Notes under the pieces: model-generated
The model's input: the letters and a program-made list of their open reading frames with translations, nothing else
Told to the model about the DNA's origin: nothing
Databases searched by the model: none
Shown here: piece by piece, positions 1 to 6,946 of the stretch
How positions within the stretch are numbered: the first letter of the stretch is position 1
How the letters are laid out: each line of letters begins with the position of its first letter
Position numbers and translations under genes: made by a program
Origin: Haloquadratum walsbyi C23
GTDB taxonomy: Archaea; Halobacteriota; Halobacteria; Halobacteriales; Haloferacaceae
Assembly (NCBI RefSeq): GCF_000237865.1
Contig: NC_017459.1
Coordinates: forward strand, 1,500,001-1,532,000
Length of the DNA: 32,000 nt
Direction: 5' to 3'

Positions 1-718
1 GATTTGAAGTCCCAACAAAGTCTGCAACAAAATTGTTTGCTGGAGCTTCATAGATCTCAGCCGGTGTTCCGACCTGCTCAATATGCCCGTCATTCATTAC
101 GGCAATCCGATCACACATCACCATTGCTTCGCTTTGATCATGAGTCACATATAATGAGGTGACATCAATCTCATCGAGTAATGAGCCAATCTCCTGCTGT
201 AATCGCGTTTTAAGTTTAGCGTCTAAGCCAGTCATTGGCTCATCAAGTAACAGAACACGGGGTTCAATTGCTAGCGCTCGAGCGAGACCAACGCGCTGTT
301 GTTGCCCACCTGAGAGTGTTGTTGGGTCACGATTCCCCATCTCACCGATATCGAGTAGCGTGAGTAGCTCTGCTGCCCGTTCAGAACGCTGTTCTTTTGG
401 CATATCTCGCATTTTTAATCCGAATTCAACGTTTTCTTGAACGGTCATATTATTGAACAGCGCATACGATTGAAATACTAATCCGACATTGCGTTGTTCG
501 GGCGGGACGTGTGTCACCTCTTCACCGTCGAATAAGACGCGACCTGCATTTGGTGTTTCAAATCCTGCAACCGTTCGAAGCGTCGTTGTTTTTCCACATC
601 CAGAAGGACCAACGAGCCCAATTGTCTCCCCTGGTTCGACAGTTAATGAGACAGTATCCACAGCGACGGTTTCATCGAATTGTTTCGTAATATTGTCGAT
701 TGTAACTTGTTCAGCCAT
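1..718 (-). CDS. ABC transporter ATP-binding subunit, 3'-truncated by the window edge (absent from the supplied ORF track)
   Basis: The reverse complement from ATG 718-716 reads MAEQVTIDNITKQFDETVAVDTVSLTVEPGETIGLVGPSGCGKTTTLRTVAGFETPNAGRVLFDGEEV... It carries Walker A GPSGCGKTT, ABC signature LSGGQQQR and Walker B LLLDEP, and stayed open in the segments I translated. The ATG abuts the TAA stop (721-719) of the upstream permease. The + strand ORFs 159..440 and 489..761 are antisense shadows of this gene. Confidence 0.92.
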   Translation of the reverse strand, partial: MAEQVTIDNITKQFDETVAVDTVSLTVEPGETIGLVGPSGCGKTTTLRTVAGFETPNAGRVLFDGEEVTHVPPEQRNVGLVFQSYALFNNMTVQENVEFGLKMRDMPKEQRSERAAELLTLLDIGEMGNRDPTTLSGGQQQRVGLARALAIEPRVLLLDEPMTGLDAKLKTRLQQEIGSLLDEIDVTSLYVTHDQSEAMVMCDRIAVMNDGHIEQVGTPAEIYEAPANNFVADFVGTSN

Positions 719-1735
719 TTATCTGACACCTCCAACTGAGAAGCCGTTTTCACCAACGTAATTCAACAGTGCTGTCACCGCAGCGACAATCACAAAGTAA
801 ATTGAGATCGCGGCTGCAGCCCGCAAGAATGGATTATTGGAAATATTCTCGAATAAGAATAATGAGAATGGTCGTGGACCACTAGAGTATACCACATATG
901 AGAAATTAAATTCCGCAGCCGCGAGCGTCCAGCAAATGATTGACCCTGAGATAATGCCTTGTTTTGCTCCTGGAATGATGACGCGTAGAAAGGTGGTTGT
1001 CCAGGAGGCTCCAAGCGAACGGGCGCTTTCTTCCATGCTTCGCAGGTCCATCGACTCAAATGATGATTGAACAGCAAGTACCATATATGGAATCTTCAAC
1101 AGTGAATACCCCAACACAAGTGCAATAACACTTGGAAGGCCAGGATATGTCTTCAGAAAGGCAATACCAAGGATAATTCCGGGAACAATAGGTAATACAG
1201 CAAACGTGTTCATCAGCCGTCGACCAGGAAAGTCATATCTGGTGACTGCATATGCAATCGGAACACCAACAAGTAAATTAATAACAACGCCGAGTAGGGC
1301 AAGTAATACACTGAATCCTAATGCGACTGGGATTGGTGTCGGGATGCGTATATCAAAGGGAAATGAGACCGTGATGTCTGCAATCCCTGGGAGTTGAAGA
1401 ATAAATAAAATGTCCGGGGCAACAAATGTCCAGAACCCACCAAGTCCCCGTTGAGCGCCAATGCTTTCAGCACCGATTCCAAGTGCTTGTGCCCAGTTTT
1501 GTACGGTAAATCCACCACTTGGAAGGATGCCAGTCCAGTTCTGAAAGAACGATGCAACGAAAGTGATCAATACCGGACCGATAAGAAACCCAACAGTAAC
1601 AAAAATAAGTACCGTAATCAGCTTTCGACCATAGATTGCAGAAAGTCGACCGAGTTGTCCAGGCTCACGCTCGGGCACTGTACCGGTGATTGCTTGTGTG
1701 TTATTTGAATTTGAGTCTGAATCTGGAGTGCTCAT
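719..1735 (-). CDS. ABC transporter permease (binding-protein-dependent transport inner-membrane component)
   Basis: 338 aa with multiple hydrophobic helices and an EAA-loop-like segment MEESARSLGASWTTTFLRVIIPGAKQGI. Its start overlaps the upstream permease stop by 4 nt (ATGA at 1735-1732). Confidence 0.9.
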   Translation of the reverse strand: MSTPDSDSNSNNTQAITGTVPEREPGQLGRLSAIYGRKLITVLIFVTVGFLIGPVLITFVASFFQNWTGILPSGGFTVQNWAQALGIGAESIGAQRGLGGFWTFVAPDILFILQLPGIADITVSFPFDIRIPTPIPVALGFSVLLALLGVVINLLVGVPIAYAVTRYDFPGRRLMNTFAVLPIVPGIILGIAFLKTYPGLPSVIALVLGYSLLKIPYMVLAVQSSFESMDLRSMEESARSLGASWTTTFLRVIIPGAKQGIISGSIICWTLAAAEFNFSYVVYSSGPRPFSLFLFENISNNPFLRAAAAISIYFVIVAAVTALLNYVGENGFSVGGVR

Positions 1736-2745
1736 TGTGCTACCTCCGCACTCGTGTAGCGGAGACTAAGGAAAGTAAATAATACGGTGAATATAAAGAA
1801 GACTCCAGCAAGTGCTGAGGCAATATTTAATTCATATCCAACTTTGACAAGTTGATCAAATCGGAACGTAACAACCGAGAGTGACTTCAGAACTAACACA
1901 GTGCCAAAGATGGCAAGTGCCGTCCGAAACGTCAGGATGCATGCACCCACAATGCCTGGACGAATCTGTGGAAGGGTGACATATCGGAATGTTTGCATTG
2001 GAGTTGCACCAAGTGCTCTGGCAGCTTCCTCAGCGTCGGTATTGACCTCAGCGTATGTTCCACGCAACAACAACGTTGCCCGAGGGATCATCGAATAAAG
2101 ATAGCCAAAGAAGAGACCAGTAATAGCAAGTACCGTGCCAGAGGGCTGTCCGGTGAGTTGGATATTCAGCGGCTCTGCCCCAGTCAAAACGGCGAAGAAG
2201 TTCGTTAGAAATCCAGTCTGCCCGAAAAGAACGATCATCATAAACGCAGCGACAATCCCAGGGAGACTGATTGGAAACGAAATAAGTGTAATAAGTAAGT
2301 CTTTACCTGGGAGTTCATACTTTTCGAGCCCATGTGCAAGTGCAATGCCGAGTATAACGCTTGAGACGGTGGTAATTGCTGAAAACCACAGCGAGTTCCA
2401 GATCGTCGCCCCATACACATCATCAACGGCTTCTGTTCCACCTGCGATTGTGCTTGAGAGCTCAGTCCCGATGATTGGAATAAATGCAGCAATCGAGGCA
2501 AACAACTGACGATATGGCTCAATTGTCCATCCTTGAGCAGCATACAGAAATTCTTCAGAGACACTGATTCGGAACATCTTCGCAAGTGGGATGAAGGCAC
2601 CAAATGTCGCGAGGATAAAAAATGGGACCGCCAGTGCAACGATCCGGCGGCGTTTCCGACCGCGTTCAGTGGTTGGAAAAATAACCTGCCCAAGGCGGGT
2701 TTCTCGAATGCGGCCAAGTACTGATGATTCATCAAGCGTGGACAT
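1732..2745 (-). CDS. ABC transporter permease (second membrane subunit)
   Basis: 337 aa, polytopic, with EAA-loop-like AEEAARALGATPMQTFRYVTLPQIRPGIVGA. It starts 5 nt downstream of the binding-protein gene stop. Confidence 0.9.
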   Translation of the reverse strand: MSTLDESSVLGRIRETRLGQVIFPTTERGRKRRRIVALAVPFFILATFGAFIPLAKMFRISVSEEFLYAAQGWTIEPYRQLFASIAAFIPIIGTELSSTIAGGTEAVDDVYGATIWNSLWFSAITTVSSVILGIALAHGLEKYELPGKDLLITLISFPISLPGIVAAFMMIVLFGQTGFLTNFFAVLTGAEPLNIQLTGQPSGTVLAITGLFFGYLYSMIPRATLLLRGTYAEVNTDAEEAARALGATPMQTFRYVTLPQIRPGIVGACILTFRTALAIFGTVLVLKSLSVVTFRFDQLVKVGYELNIASALAGVFFIFTVLFTFLSLRYTSAEVAQ

Positions 2746-2750
2746 TGAAT

Positions 2751-3920
2751 TCAGTAGCCAGTCAGTCCGACACCCTTTCCAATTTCTTGAATAATACTTT
2801 CTTGATTCTCGACGAGTTGCCCATAATCAACTTGGAATTGGGTTTCCTCATATCGACTTTGTGCTGGGAACTCCTCTGGCAATTCAAGTTCAGGTGCTCG
2901 GATTGGTCGAACGAAAGCATCCAGGAACTTTCGTTGCCCTTCGAGTGAAAGTGTGTAATCCATGAATAATTTACAAGCCGCAGGATTTGGTGCACCTTTG
3001 AGCATCGCATACCCATATGGCTGATTGAACGCACCCTTCTCGCCATTAGGACCGGATAACAACGAGACATCAACGTTATCTTCAGCGATAGAGTCAGAGT
3101 TATATTTCAGATCAAGACCGGTGTAGTCATACTCAACAAAAGTCTGTATTTCGCCCTTTGTGAATTTCTGCTCGACATTGCCGGCGAACACTGCTCCTTT
3201 GCTTTTCACGTCATTGTAATAGTCGATGACAGGTTGCACATCGTCCAGTGAACCACCGTATGCATTGTTGATTGAGATCGCACCAGCAAGTCCAACCGCT
3301 GCTTGCGGGGGTTGTATCTGAAGATTGGACGCAATTTCGGGTCGTTTGAGATCCTCCCAAGTCTCTGGAGGCTCAATACCTTGCTCCTCGTAGAGATCTT
3401 TTCGATACGTAACCGTTGTAGTCATCCGGCGAGTCGCGGTGACATGACCATCGTCGGTCTTGAGCGTATCTGGCACTTTATCATAATTAGCCGGCTTGTA
3501 TGGTTGTGTCAATCCGTCGTTTCGCGCAACCACACCAAAGGTGTACCCACCATTCATTGCAGAATGATTTGGATCCTGCGCATTCTGCCGAGCGTGCGAG
3601 AGTGCTTCACCTGAGGAGCGCTGATCGTCATTGAGAGCAACTTGATAGTTGTTTTCGAACTCCTGCATGAGTGCGCCCCAGTTTGACCACCCGGTCTGGA
3701 CAGCATAAACAAACAGTTTATCTGGGAAATCACTCGCAGAAACTGAGGTCTGATAATCACCATACCCGACTTCGAATGATTCAGCATCACCAGACCCAGA
3801 TCCAGACCCAGACGCAGAACTGGAAGTTGACCCCGAGTCACCACCACCGGAGCACCCGGCAAGCCCAACTGCAGCTGCTGTGCCGAGACCGCTTAGAAGT
3901 CGTCGCCGTGTTGGATTCAT
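2751..3920 (-). CDS. ABC transporter substrate-binding lipoprotein (family-1 solute-binding protein, PotD/AfuA/ThiB-like; substrate not assignable)
   Basis: The N-terminus MNPTRRRLLSGLGTAAAVGLAGCSGG has a twin-arginine motif and a lipobox Cys. It is followed by a Ser/Gly/Asp linker typical of haloarchaeal lipoproteins. It is the first gene of the four-gene minus-strand operon. Confidence 0.88.
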   Translation of the reverse strand: MNPTRRRLLSGLGTAAAVGLAGCSGGGDSGSTSSSASGSGSGSGDAESFEVGYGDYQTSVSASDFPDKLFVYAVQTGWSNWGALMQEFENNYQVALNDDQRSSGEALSHARQNAQDPNHSAMNGGYTFGVVARNDGLTQPYKPANYDKVPDTLKTDDGHVTATRRMTTTVTYRKDLYEEQGIEPPETWEDLKRPEIASNLQIQPPQAAVGLAGAISINNAYGGSLDDVQPVIDYYNDVKSKGAVFAGNVEQKFTKGEIQTFVEYDYTGLDLKYNSDSIAEDNVDVSLLSGPNGEKGAFNQPYGYAMLKGAPNPAACKLFMDYTLSLEGQRKFLDAFVRPIRAPELELPEEFPAQSRYEETQFQVDYGQLVENQESIIQEIGKGVGLTGY

Positions 3921-4434
3921 TCAATTGTATTTCCGAACATCATCTAAAAATGGATTTATAATATTGTTACTGAATAGTACATATGCTATATATCAGTAAT
4001 CTATTATATTTGTGATGTATAGCGATATATACAATATATAATAATGATACTACAATATCTGACCTTAGAGTAATCTCACCGTATCTGCGGACGACAGACC
4101 TGCATCATGTGCTGTGGAGGCTTGATTTGAGATACATATCCTCACAGACATCTACTTGAATAGTATTAATCCTGATACTCAGCAACGTGACTTCGAGTCT
4201 ACACCCAGTTGATCATCACAATTTGCAGTCTATCTATCTGAGTTACCCAGCACTCGCTGAGGATCTCCGAGAGGATACAGATCTTATTGTTTGAACGCTC
4301 AAGATTCCCTCTATGTTCATGTGAACTACCTCAATTTATTCGACTCAACGGCTGACGCCGCTTCGGGGGCGGATTGCCTGTCTTGATAATATGATTTCTA
4401 TCCATGACCCCTGGCGCCAGAGCAAGCAAAGATA

Positions 4435-5232
4435 TCACCTTGATACGATTTGAACTGTCTCTCCAACAGCAAGCTCGCCATCTCGTTCAGATTCTGGTAT
4501 TTCGGTTCCGATCATGAGACTGAATAGATTTTCGTCAAGATCGTCTGGATCAACCCACGCCCGAAGAGTTTCGGCTCGCTTTTGCACAAATGTCTCTCGG
4601 AATCCATCGTACTCCATACCGGTATGAGGATGACGAGCAGGAACAATACACCGTGGGATTGGCTCAGCGCCGGTTAATCTGACATCTCCAATTTGTAACC
4701 GATAATCACTGTCTGTTATCAACCGATCCTCCCAAAACGGTGGAACGTCGCTGACCACAAGATTAGGACGCAAACGTTGTTGCATCTGCTCGGGACAGAT
4801 CCCATCATACCATGATGCCACTTCATGAATTGTAGCTTCACTGATAACCGTTGGACCAGCCTTCCCATCCGTCGTAAATATAACATTGTCAGTCTGACCT
4901 CCTCCTGGTTCGACTGCGAGTATCACATTCAATCCAAAGTACTCTGAGAGCCATGACTCAAGTGCTTCCCGGTCAGTGTCAAGCTGAAATTCATACGTCT
5001 GATCCGTCCCATGAACCCGTATTTTGAACCACTGTGAGTCTAAGTCACACGTTGTATGAAGTCGGTGGACAGCCGGCGTACGTTTGCCATGTATATACTT
5101 GCCATCAGCATCCTTCATCGCATACGCCCGATCACCGGATAGTCCGCCAATATTGGTTATTGATACCCGATCACGAGTGCTCGGATCAAGTGCTTTGACC
5201 GGGTAAGTAAGGATTTGTGAAAGCGTTGGCAC
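4435..5232 (-). CDS. MOSC domain-containing protein (MOSC_N beta-barrel plus MOSC)
   Basis: 265 aa. The N-terminus LTYPVKALD...GLSGDRAYAM is MOSC_N-like. The C-terminal half has the conserved Cys context EPIPRCIVPARHPHTG. Confidence 0.8.
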   Translation of the reverse strand: MPTLSQILTYPVKALDPSTRDRVSITNIGGLSGDRAYAMKDADGKYIHGKRTPAVHRLHTTCDLDSQWFKIRVHGTDQTYEFQLDTDREALESWLSEYFGLNVILAVEPGGGQTDNVIFTTDGKAGPTVISEATIHEVASWYDGICPEQMQQRLRPNLVVSDVPPFWEDRLITDSDYRLQIGDVRLTGAEPIPRCIVPARHPHTGMEYDGFRETFVQKRAETLRAWVDPDDLDENLFSLMIGTEIPESERDGELAVGETVQIVSR

Positions 5233-5582
5233 TATCTGATACAGTCATATGATCAATATAACCGTTATGTTTAATTAGGGTATATAATTACGTATGATCC
5301 GGAAAAGGAATACACCATCATCCGAAGATTGCAGATAATTGATTAAATTGACAAACATCGAGCTGATTTTCAATGCTATCGGTTATTTCATCATAGTGAT
5401 ATTAATACTGTTGACCAATGAAAAGAAGCGGAAAGAAGCGGAAGAAGCATGTACAACACACAATATAGAGGTCGCCGAACAAACACTGTACCCAACGGCT
5501 GACTCTTGATACATGAGTGAGAATATCGAATAAACCGACTGTCTTTATTCCCTATACGGGTGGTGTTGATGTGTATCACCAA

Positions 5583-5619
5583 ACTATCTTTAATCAGCGA
5601 GAGAATCTCGGCGTTTACC
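5583..5619. repeat. 37-nt segment repeated at 23876..23912 (3 mismatches), same orientation
   Basis: actatctttaatcagcgagagaatctcggcgtttacc versus actatctttaatcagtgagagaatcccgccgtttacc. The flanks show weaker similarity (gatgtgtat / gttgtgtct). On the minus strand it encodes ...ILSLIKDS..., as in the protease relic at 23.9 kb. Confidence 0.8.
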
Positions 5620-5926
5620 CCGAACGAGAATATCACCCAAGAAGTAGTAGAGAAGGAGTATGAAGAATTTGAGCTCACTGAGTCGATTACTGATCTTGAC
5701 CCACGGGGAGACCGACCAGCACTGAGTGTCATGGAAGGTGACTGAGAGCAAATAGTTTCAATGGAATGCACATACAATCGATTATATATTATTTGCCTCT
5801 CTGACGACATTTGATTCGTCTTGACTCTATCTCAAAGTGAGTAACTCTCGTTCGTTTATTTCCTCGCCACATATCAGGAATACCATCCAGAATAATTAAG
5901 ATGATCTGACTGTGAGTGAGTAGAGT

Positions 5927-6157
5927 ATGAAACAAATTGACAAGCCACACAATCGTCGAACACTCCTTTCTATGATTATCATCGCAGTCAGTGTAGGTCT
6001 TGCAGGGTGTACTGGTCCTGGAGAAAGCGAAGATAGCGGAGATGATGGAGATACTGGAGGCGATAGCGATGAAAGTGAAGATGGGGATGAAGATGGGGGA
6101 GGGGGTGGTGGATACAACAACAAAATCAATGAACAGCCGACGATGCATACAAACTGA
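5927..6157 (+). CDS. Short Tat/lipobox ORF, probably the truncated 5' end of a secreted lipoprotein gene
   Basis: MKQIDKPHNRRTLLSMIIIAVSVGLAGCTGPGESEDSGDDGDTGGDSDESEDGDEDGGGGGG... This is a signal peptide plus an acidic linker only. It ends after 76 aa with no folded domain, about 150 nt upstream of the tnpB-like relic. Confidence 0.4.
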   Translation: MKQIDKPHNRRTLLSMIIIAVSVGLAGCTGPGESEDSGDDGDTGGDSDESEDGDEDGGGGGGYNNKINEQPTMHTN

Positions 6158-6299
6158 CCTGACCGGGGGCGAAGATAATAAATACAGAACAAAACGCTCG
6201 AATCAGTATAGTCAGTTGTCGGATTTCTTCTACTGGTTTGCCTCCGCTCTATGTTATTGAGTGTTCCCCGACCACGGTGGGGCGGCATACTCGATTTGG

Positions 6300-6814
6300 T
6301 ATGTATTATAGATGGTACAGGCGCAATCCCACGCCTGTTCACGGCGTGGATACGCGCCGTCATACTGTAGTTTTCAACCGGTTTTGCTGGACAACAGGCG
6401 CATTGGCTCTGACGCCGATGTAGCCGAGTGCCCGAAAAGTAGCGGTTCGAGTGTGAGTGTCCGCCCACGCTGGAAACAGGGTGTGCCCTACGTGGGAATC
6501 AAACAACGAGTATCGGGCTCTCGTCACCAATACAAGTAACTCCGAGTCCGGTGACAGTGACAGTGATCGAAGCTCCTGTGACACAACCAACACAGAGACT
6601 TCGCCTCGGGTGAGGAGAGGAGTACTGGAGGCTTGCCACTCCCTAGAGATTGCCCAGTGACCGGTCACACACCGATTCCAACGGTGTCCTGGCTTGGTAT
6701 TGGGAGTCTGCAAACCTGAACCTGAAACTCAAACCCAAAGCTGACACTCCCAACCCAGCGAAGCGGCGCGGTGCCGTGGGATTCCTCCCGCCTTTAGACG
6801 AAGGGGGATGTCAA
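6300..6814 (+). mobile_element. Copy A: decayed 3' portion of an IS200/IS605-family (IS1341-type) tnpB with a right-end-like terminus; no intact ORF
   Basis: One frame (ORF 6312..6539) reads AQSHACSRRGYAPS...AECPKSSG...VPYVGIKQR, which resembles degraded TSQxCxxCG / CxxCG zinc-ribbon and RuvC-III regions of TnpB. Further downstream it is colinear with copy C through taactccgagtcc, aaacctgaa and gattcctcc. It ends in GGGGGATGTCAA (TCAA = 6811-6814). The left boundary is uncertain. Confidence 0.45.
6317..6362. repeat. 46-nt imperfect palindrome, repeated in inverted orientation at 19313..19358
   Basis: acaGGCGCaatcCCACGCCtgttcacGGCGTGGatacGCGCCgtca forms 5-bp and 7-bp stems around a 7-nt loop, with an internal loop. 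Its reverse complement matches 19313-19358 with 3 mismatches in 46. Confidence 0.85.
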
Positions 6815-6946
6815 ATCGTAATCTTATATCGCATATTCTTGTATTAACCCGTCTACCAGGGCATTATTGTTACTTTGCACCAGGCAATAAAAAGAAAGAC
6901 TCCATTTGCATTGGTCTGAATACGACTGCTCATAGATTGTGTGATG

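Noticed and set aside
159-761. The + strand ORFs 159..440 and 489..761 from the track.
   Set aside because: They lie antisense to a clear minus-strand ABC ATPase carrying Walker A, signature and Walker B motifs. Their products are Ser/Arg/Cys-rich and non-acidic, which is typical of shadow ORFs.
3921-4434. A possible TPP or other riboswitch in the leader of the ABC importer operon (ctgag-containing segments at 4240-4285).
   Set aside because: The conserved TPP core elements (CUGAGA plus ACCUGAUCUGGAUAAUGCCAGCG-like) are not present on the operon strand.
6096-6112. The G-run GGGGGAGGGGGTGGTGG, considered as a G-quadruplex candidate.
   Set aside because: It encodes the Gly run of the linker, and only two long G-tracts are present.
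5896-6468. The 190-aa minus-strand ORF, together with the overlapping ORFs 5789..6148 and 6360..6713.
   Set aside because: They are Pro/Ser/Arg-rich translations antisense to the lipoprotein linker (the GGGGGG/acidic run reads as PPPPPSSS) and to the tnpB-like relic. No motifs were found and the composition is not halophilic.
6551-6572. Short tandem hexamers, checked as possible CRISPR or microsatellite arrays: (gacagt)n here, (cacgct)n at 30970-30986 and actgat/actgac at 15948-15968.
   Set aside because: Each has only 2-3 units with no spacer-repeat periodicity. The 15.9-kb one simply encodes TDTDTDT inside the DUF58 gene. No CRISPR array is present in the window.
6400-6814. A structured-looking GC-rich non-coding block that I first considered as RNase P RNA (GGGAGGAATCCCAC resembles the GAGGAAAGUCC box on the minus strand) or SRP RNA.
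   Set aside because: The universal RNase P CR-I/CR-V pairing partners and the SRP helix-8 motifs could not be found. The block is repeated (copies B and C), and it is better explained as a tnpB 3' relic plus right end.
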